A stretch of DNA of 64,000 bases from Hormiphora californensis (taxonomy: Eukaryota; Animalia; Ctenophora). Both the position numbers and the translations under genes were made by a program. Shown one piece after another: positions 11,541 to 32,234 of the stretch. The notes under the pieces are model-generated. The model was not told the origin of the DNA. It made no database searches and saw only the letters and a program-made list of their open reading frames with translations. Position 1 is the first letter of the stretch; each line of letters opens with the position of its first letter. Location of the stretch: assembly GCA_020137815.1 (NCBI GenBank), contig CM035353.1:62001-126000 (forward strand). Reading direction: 5' to 3'.

Positions 11541-12256
11541 TTGCACGATTGGATGCCCTTATATGGTCATATATCACGTGACGTGGTAGAGATGGCATGT
11601 AATTGATGGATATAGATTGGGGACCCCTTCCCGGAAAATAGCTCATACATGTAACATAAATGTACAGTCTTGTACCACATACCAAGGATATCTCTCTCTT
11701 CTCTCTCTGATCTCGCTCTTCTCTCTCTCGATATATCTAGAGCTCTCTCTAAGAGAGAGCATCTATAGCTCTCTCTCTACTCTCGGAGCTATCTGAGTAG
11801 ATCTTGCGAATGCCAAAAAAGATAGAGAGCCAATGATACCACAAATCTGTGTGTATTTTATATAATGGTGTAGTGGACAAGTTACTTGACTGATTGTCAT
11901 TGTGAGAGCAAGATATGAGCCACAAAGAATTGTTGTATTGTTCATACTAATACAGAAATATTGGTGTTGACTGTCGAAGATCGGAAGACATCAGTGAAAA
12001 GTTTAATCCCAGGGTTTGCAGCGAAATTGGGCGGCGGCCAAGCCAATTTATTGGATTAACAATATAATTGTTTCCCTAGAGTGAGCCAGGTCCTCAGTTT
12101 TATGTACACAACTTCACATATTTTTTACATAGTTTTACAAATTAATATAATATTTCGATTAGTAGCAGACACGTGATCCAGGATTAGAAATGTAAATAAG
12201 AACTGCTATCGGTGATGGATGATAAGTGTGTTTTACTAATCAATATTCCCTCTCAG

Positions 12257-22107
<9,851 letters not shown>

Positions 22108-22278
22108 AGATGTTTGTATAGCTGCAAAATGCGAAGAAAAGCTGGGGTAATGTCTGACTTCAATATTGCATATATGTGTGTGTATTGGAACTGTGCGGGT
22201 GTAGAACTCAAATGTATGGGAGCTGAATGTATACCATTGCTGCACTGTATAAACGTTGAATGTGTATAATACAAGGTG

Positions 22279-23828
22279 GGCCACGGATTGTTGGTCATGG
22301 TTAGCGAGGTGGTGCATCAAAACGGTGATAGTTGTGAGAATAAAAATTATGGGAGCACTCTGGATCAATTCCTTGGTAACTTTTTCCATAATTTTTTGTC
22401 AAAAATTCGAAAATTCATTTTTCATTCCTTCATTCATTTCTCGTTCATTCATGATGTGAGCATCCTAATTTTCCATCATTATGCTATTTTTCTTTGGCTT
22501 GAATTTATCTTTCCAATGAGCACCATGAAAATGAAATTGAAGCACCAGGACACTCAGCAGTTGAGAAAATGTTCATGCATGATTTTGACTCTTTTTGCGA
22601 CTTTCAAACAGCTGTATCACAGCTACCTTTCGTTCAATCTTCTTAAAACTTAAGGAAAACATTGGATAAGCAAAGATCTTTGCTCACAAGAAAAATCAAG
22701 GCCAAAGATCAAAGTTCATTTTTCATTTTTGTTAGTTCATTCCGTTCATTCAGGAACCAACATCCCTAAAGTGATGAAAAGGTTTAGGTTTTGTTTGGCC
22801 CATGTCCTGCAATGACAGAGAGGTGTAATAACGTGTTTCCGGGCTAGTTTGTGGGCGTCCATGTGATTATGATGATATCTGACACCTTTTCTGAGCCATG
22901 ATTAAAGGATTTTCTCAAATTCAAGCATGTAACTTGGTTTTTCTGCGATTAGTACCGTGCAGCAATGTTATGAGATCTCATAATACCTCAAAAATGATGA
23001 TTAGCTCAATGAAATGAGTTGATTTATGATGTAATTGTTCGTTTCGTTCAATTTGACATCGGTTTTAATCTTTTCAATCATAAATCAACTCATTTCATTG
23101 AGCTAATCATCATTTTTGAGGTGTTATGAGATCTCATAACATTGCTGCACGGTACTAATCGCAGAAAAACCAAGTTACATGCTTGAATTTGAGAAAATCC
23201 CTTAATCATGGCTCAGAAAAGGTGTCAGATATCATCATAATCACATGGACACCCACAAACTAGCCCGGAAACACGCTATTACACCTCTCTGTCATTGCAG
23301 GACATGGGCCAAACAAAACCCAAACCTTTTCATCACTTTAGGGATGTTGGTTCCTGAATGAACAGAATGAACTAACAAAAATTAAAAATGAACTTTGAAC
23401 TTTGACCTTGATATTTCTTGTGGGCAAAGATCTTTGCTTATCTAATGTTTTCCCAAAGTTTTAAGAAGATTGAACGAAAGGTAGCTGTGATATAGCTGTT
23501 TGAAAGTCGCAAAAAGAGCCAAAATCATGCATGAACATTTTCTCAACTGCTGAGTGACCTGGTGATTCAATTTTATTTTCATGGTGCTCATTGGAAAGAT
23601 AAATTCAAGCCAAAGAAAAATAGCATAATGATGGAAAATTAGGATGCTCACATCATGAATGAACGAGAAATGAATGAAGGAATGAAAAATGAATTTTCGA
23701 ATTTTTGACAAAAAATTATGGAAAAAGTTACCAAGGAATTGATCCAAAGTGCTCCCATAATTTTTATTCTCACAACTATCACCGTTTTGACGCACCACCT
23801 CGCTAACCATAACCAACAATCCGTGGCC
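22279..23828. mobile_element. 1.55-kb palindromic (foldback) element
   Basis: GGCCACGGATTGTTGG ... CCAACAATCCGTGGCC; ~755-bp arms and a spacer at ~23036-23076; mirror ORFs 22276+ and 23819-. No TSD recognised. Confidence 0.9.
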
Positions 23829-24139
23829 AGTCTGTTTTTTGTCTGCTAAATGTCTATCAAGATAATAAGTTTATCATCCATATTATGAATATAAAGCGAA
23901 TATACTCTAAAGAGAACCCAGTCTGCAGTCAATATAAATACTGTTTTTTTTATATTGAAAAGTTTGGTGCTTACAGCATACAGCATTGAAATTTTTGGTG
24001 CATTCTATTTACTATAGGTATTCTAATACACAATTATCGATTAATTTTATTCATTTCGTTTATTGGAAACAAATATTTCTGAGTTTAACTTGAATTTATT
24101 GTAACTTCGTTTATGTAATATCTTCGATTAATATCTGTA

Positions 24140-24398
24140 CAGTTGGACCCTTATTTTACCGAGACTCCAATTTACCGGGAGGATTTGTATTGTTCATACT
24201 ACAGCAACAGCACAAGGGAGGATAAACTTCCCCCGTTATTGGAAATTAATTGCATTTCACCCCGATATACCGGACACCCCGATTTACTTGAATCGCTTGA
24301 CACTCTGTGTCCGTGAAGAAAAGAACGTGTGAACATTTCAACGATTTACCGGGCAAAACCCGTTCCTACGATCATCCCGGTAAATCGGGGTCCGACTG
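24140..24398. mobile_element. CAGTCGGACCCCG-family MITE
   Basis: TA|CAGTTGGACCC ... GGGGTCCGACTG|TA. Confidence 0.8.
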
Positions 24399-24761
24399 TA
24401 TATGTATATGGTTTATTTAATGTAACTGAAGTGTGAGAGAAAGAGAGCACATCGTTTAATGTAAAAATGGTTTATTTAAGTGTAATATTTACGTTTGGTC
24501 GCGATGTGCCCAATATTTACGTATGAAAAGTGAGGGAAGATAAACATGTATACTCACTTTAATGTCTTAGAAAATTGAACCAACTCGTTTTATAGATGTT
24601 AATATTCATCAAACATACAAACTTGATTCACAAACCACTCGCATTCTCGGCCGCACTGCTTATACTTAGTCCCTTGGTCGAATCTCTTTGTTCCAACTCT
24701 TATCAAACTCAATACCGTGCAAACATTCAGCACCTCAATTTAAATGGGACATGGCCATTTC

Positions 24762-26017
24762 TCAAGAACCATCACGGAGGCCACTAGGTAGGGGGCCCTC
24801 CGACACCCCAGTTGTCCCATTCGCCATACTCGTATCAGTCATTTCGGGGACAAATCCTCCCTTTTTCCGGCTGGACTTGTGGCACAACATGGCAGCTAAC
24901 CTCAGCCCACCACTGTGGGAGAGAGGGTGAACCTTGGAGGAGTCATGTGGGTGCCGTAGGGCCACATTGGACCCCAGTTGTAGTGGCGGGGCGGTGGAAA
25001 GGGCCTGGATCTCAGAGAACCACTTAGCCCTCTTTCTCCAGGGAACGATTAGCAGAACCTTACATGTTGATTGTGCTATTTTCCTGGCCACCCTCATTAA
25101 CACCTGATCATTATCAAAGGGGGGAAAACAGTAGACAGTGTCCCAGTTATCCCAGGACACGGTAAAGGCATCCTGTTTAAAACTCATCGGGTCCTCTCTC
25201 TGACTAACAAACACGGCACATTTATAGCTGTGGTATGACGCAAACAAGTCCATATCGGGGGCCACCTTAAAGTGATCGCAGATCTTGTCATACAGTTTAG
25301 TCGGCATAACCCAGTCAGTGGTGTCAGGCATCTGGTGACTCTGTACCTCCGCGACCTTGTTACGGGGCCCGGTGTAATAGACGGCGGTGAGAGCGAGTTC
25401 ATAACGCTTCGCCACCTCCCATATCTTCAGCTTGAGAGTTCGCGTGACTGAGTTGGGGGTGGCCTGCACTGCTCCAGTCTTGCTCGGGTTCACTCTGTTG
25501 ATCAGGTTTACTGCTTCCTAGAAGAATAGAAGCAACCGTAGTATAATAATATTGTATATCGCGACACTAACAATCTCTACGGAACCCAATTCATATCAGT
25601 ATGATTTGCAAAAAGCCACAGCGTTTATACCTATAGATTATGATTGTCTAGATGAGACAACAACAACGGTTACCTGGTTGTCTAAATACAATGTAACATC
25701 AGTAGGGTTGTATTGCTCGTGCTTGTAGAAGGTTTTGAGAACAAAGTACACAGCCTTCAACTCCCGTTCTAGTGAGGATAACTTGCATTCTTTCTCCTCC
25801 CAATATCCCCGCACGATACGCCCTAGTAGGGAAATCATGTTGTTACTACCATGCCGACCCATTCATGACACTGTTAAAGAACTAATCGATTCTAGGGAGT
25901 TATCTCAGCACTTGTTGCAATGGATCCAAAGGTGTTATAGTTGTTACCGTTTGATAGATTTTCCCCGCCCCATCCGGAGTGACTTGCATCCGACACTAAC
26001 TCAACCTGATTTCCCAT
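24762..26017 (-). CDS. Intron-containing DIRS-type RNase H + DNA N6-adenine methyltransferase-like module
   Basis: Three exons join into VSDASHSGWGG..|..RGYWEEKE..SSLERELKAV..LYLDNQ|EAVNLINR..RNKVAE (DIRS RNase H), then DW..MDLFAS..DAFTVSW..VYCFPPF..LLIVPW..WF..HP..LRLAAM (DIRS MT domain). No stops; no RT, gag or tyrosine recombinase recognised nearby. Confidence 0.88.
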
Positions 26018-29000
26018 CTGAAATATAAACAAATTAACATTGTGAACTACTACTGAAGCATTGTACTTCATTGTCACCACCATTGATCCCTACTAACCCC
26101 CTTATACAACAAACACCCTACTAACCCCCTTATAAAACTAACCCCTGACTGATCCGTTATTTCGGTGCAGTATCGGTCGCGTGGCGCCAGGAAGATGCTC
26201 TCCATCTGGCTTGTCAGCGTCTCGTCTAGCTCCGGGCTTATATACTCAAGGGAGTCTGGTGCCTCAGGAACTTCATACGTTCCAGAGTCTGAGGGGTTGA
26301 ATTCGTAATATTATATTCATATTATACATGTCTGATCGCGCCGTAGGTTTGAGACACCCCCAGACAGTATACCGGTCTAGTATTGAGTTTAGGTATTATT
26401 TTGAAGAATAAATGTGTGATGAAATTATGCAAATCTCTATTGTCTTCACCTCGTTTCGCATTATTCGCCATCGCCGTGTATTCAGATTGGGGTGCAGGAA
26501 TAACGTTGTCATCAAACACTGCCTCAACTCTGTCCAGAATGTGCTACAATTGAGAGGGTGGGGGGGTAGTCAGTTTTAAGTTGTAGTTATAGGTAGATTG
26601 CGGGATCATGGATTCAGAGAAATAGCTGGTGATTGGAGTATATGATTGTTCGATACTTTAATGCGCAAATTCATCAATGTATTACCGCTCGTTTCCCATT
26701 CCGAGATTTGGGCGAGAAGATAATCTCAAGGGCGAAGACCACAGCGGCTAACAGCACTCCGGGAATACAGATGTAGAGGATCCCCAGGAGAGAGGCAAGC
26801 TGTAAACTATCTGCCTCCGCATCAAATCCACCCTCCTCGCAGTGCACTAATAGATATAGGGAGATATAATAGATATAAGGGAGATAGAGATCCATGTTTC
26901 AATTATTAAATGAGGGGGAGAGAGGTCTTCAACCCCTTACTCAACAAGATGACATAGTTCGGCCGAAGTCTTCTGATTCTTAACTGAATTTTAGTGCTTT
27001 GAAAGAAGGAATTCTGGAATCATAAACGTTTCTAGAAATGTATGGATACTTACCGTTAACATAGCTATCCCAGAAACCCTTGATCATTCCCTTCTCCTGC
27101 ATAATTAGCATCTCCCTATTGAAGTCTTCTATAAACGGTGACCCGATCTGATAGGCAAACGCGTACCTGTAGTAATAAAGTGGGTTGGTGACATAGACAC
27201 CTGGCGTCACCAATAAAATTGGTGGTTTCTTGCTTGTTCAATATATGCCTTTTATCATATGTACTCAGACCCATGATGTAACAAAAATATAAATGAATGC
27301 TCACCCGAAATCTACAAGAACGTCCCCAATAAGCTCCAATTCACAATTCTCGGATAGAATCTTCTCCAGAGGACCAACTCCATACATAAATATATAGCTT
27401 CCGATCTTCATTCGAGTTGTGGCTTCCTTTAGCGAACTTGTGGAGTTGGATCGGGCGTAAACTTTTCGCAGAAGAGCATCCTAGTGCGGTGGGAATGTAT
27501 CATTTATTAATTGATTAGTATAATCATGGAGTAATTTCAGTAATCATTCCTAATCATGTTATGATCAGTAATCATGGTTTGTCTATTATATATTACTTAC
27601 ATCGCTGTTCTGCAACAGGTTCTCCGTGATAGACCCCTCTATTGTACCAAAAGTGTAGTCGTCCTGGTTTAGAAGGTCCTCCGGTGAACTGATATCAGCT
27701 CCCTCATTTGACACTGAGATCAGATCGCATTTGTATAACATATGGCAATGAAATAATCTTCTACAATTTTAAACATATTTTCAAAATTCAAAAAGGTTAT
27801 GTTTATTGTTTTTCTTCTAAACATATAATTACCGGTAAGGAATGCGGCAAGGTTTGCAGTGTACATACTGACCATAACCAGGCAGATCATCCACCAAACG
27901 GTTAGAAGGAGTCTCGCGGACCAGTTCTTGGGGATACCATCGGCAGGGGCCACCGCCAGGAAGGAGCAGATTGACAACCATAGGGAATTGGGAGCGTTCA
28001 TTATGGCTGAAAGGAATGAAAATAATATTTATAGTTCATTTTTGAATCACTTAAAAGTTAATTTGCATTGCTCACCCATTTGATGCTTGAGTTCATTATC
28101 TTCTTCGAATGGGCACCATACGTCTCTGAAGCCATGTTTCAGAAGATTTGTGCATTTTGAACATCCACACAGTTTCGCCTTTACATTTACCCCACCGTAG
28201 TTTCCGTAGGGGCTGATTCGGTCAAAAGAAAAGAAGACAAGGAAAAAGAATATAATTCCACAGCCAATAGACGCCCTAAAAATCGTAGCGTTAGATAATC
28301 ATTGTAATTGACGTTATAAGGTTTACTTACCATACGCCGAAAGAGAAAGGCTTTAGAAAGAAGAAGAAATCATTAACAGAGACATCTTTTGTCGTAGCCA
28401 TCCTTACCCCTCCCGGGAGAATTGTGATCCCAAAGTTCACTGCCCTCTCTCGGCTGTGTGATATCCCGAATCCCACAATCCCAATGTCCATTCTCTGCAA
28501 AGATGGTAAACAATTGAGCTTGACCCTCTTTCCGTGCCCTCTGTCACGTAAAAGAGGCCTAGGTTAGAACAAAACAATGAGATATTTTATGTTTAGAATG
28601 ATTTATTTCACCTACTTTTTCGTTGATTTCTTTAATTAGCCCATTCCATTCTCCATTAACTTCATTTCCAAACTTTCCATCTTTAGGTTCAATGAACTCA
28701 TAATCAAAGTTAAGCTTTGATTGAAGTTGCCTGATAATATCGATACTAATTCCTGTGTAGCACCATTCCTTATTCTCCATCGCTGAAAAAATGTTCTTTT
28801 CACTTTACCATACCAGATTACCAATTAGCGGTGCTGGTATCACTAAGTGATTGGCCCTGCATGCGTAGGGCCCCCATCAGGGGTTCACACCCATGGCAAC
28901 CGCTCTTATAAAATCAAATCAATCAGATTCTCAATAATTAAAAGAAGACCTTTAGAAGTTGTCTAATATACCTGAGCAATTGTTGTATTTAATGGGTCCC

Positions 29001-31801
29001 CGGGTGTAGTTGTAAATGATAAAGGGAGGATCTTCCAGGACGCCAAGTTTTAGTTTCACCTCCGTCACACTCGGCTTGTCGGAGGGTGTATCAGGCAATG
29101 CATGGGTCCATATCGGGTCCAGGTTTATCTTTAGTCCCCCATCCTTCTTCCACTCTCCGATCTGCAACACAATAAAACATTCATACTATACACTGACTTG
29201 TTGAGCAAGGGGTTACTCAACAAATACCGACGATGAAGAAGTTTTATAAAATTTATTAAAATTTACCTTTCTGATTTCATCGGAAGCGTTGAGGTGCCTG
29301 TTGAAGTTGACAATGTCGTAACTCATCTTCCTTACTGATCTCTGAATGAGATGACAAAAGTATGATGAAAACGTTATCAGTCCAATTGTAATGTGACATG
29401 ATTATAAATACGTTATCAGTCAGCGATCAGGCATTCCAATAATTCAACCTCTGTATATATACCTGTTGAAACTGTTGATAAACTCGTTCACCAAGCGGCC
29501 ATTCCAGTTCTGTGGTCGAGCAGTTGCCAGGGTAGTTGGTTATCTGTTCACTGGAGAATGAGGGACTCCGATATACCGCATCTATTGCCCCCGCCAGGAA
29601 GTGAACCGACTCGTATACTAACACATCCACCGGCTGGAAATATACACATACTTCTAGTTCTTGCATGTGCACTGTGCAGTATCGTAAAGCAATTAATTTG
29701 AACGGAGGAGGGGCGAGGGCGTCAACGTTCATGTATTTAAAATATATGTGTATTTCAGAAACCGTAATGGTCAGATTACAGATACCGTATTCTCACTACA
29801 AGCACCCATGATAGGAAGAATGCAGGATAATACTATGGGAACATGCACAATATGCCGTACTAAACATATACCGTTAGGCGCTCATTGTTTTGCAGATACT
29901 CCTCCCTCAAATTGTTTACTTTCTCCGCGGGTATGGCAAGAGTTGGTGATAGTCCGACAAGTCCATCATAGTAGGTTTTAATTCGGCCTTCCCTTGTAAA
30001 CACATCTGTCTGAAAGTGTAATGCATACTCAATTAATAAAAGCTGCTGAAAATTGTTTCCTTTTGTTCATAATTACATAGTCCATGATAAAATCTAAAAG
30101 CCCGGATCAGTGGTTACAACATACAAGGGATTGAGTGATAGGAGTTGTCACTAGCCAAACATAAACACTGTCAATCATTCCGTTCTCGCTGGCGGCCTCT
30201 AGAACGACCTCAGCAAAGGCGGGTGGCATAAGCAGCACTGTCACTCTAGTGCTCTTTGATAACAGTTCGTCAATCCAACCTTTCGTCATAAAAGTTGTTC
30301 TGAAAAATGGTTTTGATGATTTTACCACTTTGAGTCGGCCATTATACCACATATGTATGTCCTAACGTTTGTGTACTATTGTTATCACATATGTTGGTCC
30401 AACATTGTTGGATTACTTTGTTGGATTACATTGGATTGATAAGTAAATTACCCAGTTCTTCCCTTGAGTTCCTTTACTAGTGTTGTATTGAAGGTATATC
30501 GAATACGAATGTCAGACAGCAGATCTATTTCTCGTTTCTTTAGTTCCGATTTTAAAAACTTTCGCATTGTTAAACCTGAAAATTGAGGTGGTACTTTTCA
30601 GTGTTCTGAATTCTTTTGGAGGCCTTTTATTCGTTTTTTTACCAAGGCAGAAATTTGGTTATAATATAGACTAAGATGAGATCGTGGAAGATAATTCATT
30701 GTTGCTTTTCTATGATTTAAACTTACCATAGGCGTCGTCTGTGTAAACGATAGATACGCGATCCCAATGGAAATGTTTAATCAAATCTGCCATCGCAACT
30801 GCTTGTACCTAAGAGAATTATGAAACATGATAAATGGGGTGGGGGGGGGGCAACATTGCATTGGCCTAAATATAGACACTTCATAAGTTCATGTCAATAA
30901 ACATATTAAATAAAACGATTCCTTTCTCTATAGATTTTAGATTTACCTGATTAGAAGGACTGAGCCTGTAAAGAGATGCAGTCCAGCTGCCATACTCGAT
31001 ATAAGGGTCCGCCGCAGTCGGCGCTATTAACGGCATCTTTATCTGCAATAAAGTTGAATAGATATGAATCAAATCGAAGGTTCGTGATTGAGCTCTGAGC
31101 GACGCAGAAGGTGGAAAAGGTACAGTCTGTATAGTACTCTTTTGAAACAGATGTTTCGTGATTCTAATTACTTACTAGGCTGGTGAGATAAGCGCATTCT
31201 CGGACGTGGCTCGAGTCAAAGGGACCAACTACTCCGGATATCTTACTTTCACGTAACACATTACATACTGGGGATACGATATAATTGTAACGATATTATA
31301 CTCTAGTTAAAACACTATACAGTCGAGAATAAAATACAATTCTGTAGGAGCTAATTGCGGGAGCTTACGTTGTGTTGTTGTTTTGGCCGGACTACTCTGG
31401 GCTTCCAGTCCGGTACTTATAGCAACTCCTTTTAAAGTTGTCTCCGGTAATATCTATAGCATGTATTATAGAAGTTAAAACAGAATGTAATAAGAGCTTT
31501 TTGCAAGAACCATTTAATTGAGCTAAACCATATTAATTGATTTATTGTTACCGTGTCTTGCTTGTTGACTTCATTAATGGCAATTCTCATTGCCCTCTCA
31601 GAATTCGAGGCGATATTCGAGTGAAGTAAAGCTGAAAAATAATAATCAGTTAGCCATTAATAATTAATGTTTGAAGTATGTTTCATGAAACGCTCAACAC
31701 TAATTAAATGACCCTCAAAATGAAGTCTCACCTATAGTCAAGTCATCTGTAGCATGGGTTAGTCCGAGAAGACTTAAGAGAAGTAGGCGGGCAACAAACA
31801 T
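24762..31801 (-). CDS. Ionotropic glutamate receptor subunit A (epsilon-like), with predicted C-terminal DIRS-derived RNase H + methyltransferase extension
   Basis: Minus-strand GT-AG exons, all phases compatible: 31801-31732 (signal peptide MFVARLLLLSLLGLTHA), 31631-31552, 31453-31369, 31267-31176, 31042-30947, 30808-30727, 30575-30452, 30299-30125, 30009-29872, 29633-29463, 29341-29267 (ATD); 29161-28972, 28782-28616, 28494-28331 (S1, DGKFG..WNGLI, FLKPFS); 28275-28076 (M1); 28006-27833 (M2-M3, MYTANLAAFLT); 27713-27601, 27480-27305, 27166-27054 (S2); 26846-26686 (M4); then 26543-26450, 26288-26143, 26017-25948, 25822-25674, 25517-24762. The iGluR core (882 codons) is secure; the tail linkage is predicted. 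Confidence 0.9.
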
Positions 31802-32234
31802 TTGACACACTACTAGAAATATTGATGGATCTTTGTAAAAAACCAGGCAGTAATTCAAAACAAACTATATAGCAACAGTGCACAAATATTCCTTTTTTTG
31901 GCGTGATTTTGAATGATAATAAAATACTCTTTTATCAATTATAATCAACTTCAAATATACAGCGACACTCAGTTGTACTTGTACCATACTACACATATCG
32001 TTTGACGCACACACACACACCCACAGGTGAAGTTAAGATAGGCTGTAGCTGTAATTGGACTAATGAAGGAGCTGCCAGTGCGGGGCCTGCAGCATGCAGC
32101 TGTAGAATGGGGAGCAGGAAGCAGCTCCCGTGTCTCTAGCCACCACCCTGTCTATGTGAGGTTGTGTGTGTGTGTGTGTGTGCGTACCATACCAGTGCTT
32201 GTCGTATAATAGTATATCAGTCGGGTATATCACT
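31802..32234. promoter_or_regulatory. Putative bidirectional promoter and 5' UTRs of the two iGluR genes
   Basis: Only 433 bp separate the divergent ATGs at 31801 (-) and 32235 (+). Inferred from position; no core motif identified. Confidence 0.55.

Noticed and set aside
22276-23819. Mirror 125-aa ORFs
   Set aside because: They lie in the two arms of a foldback element; no recognisable domain.
24762-26083. Ordinary decayed DIRS retrotransposon remnant
   Set aside because: The interruptions are clean GT-AG introns that restore one open frame, and RT, recombinase and terminal repeats were not found.
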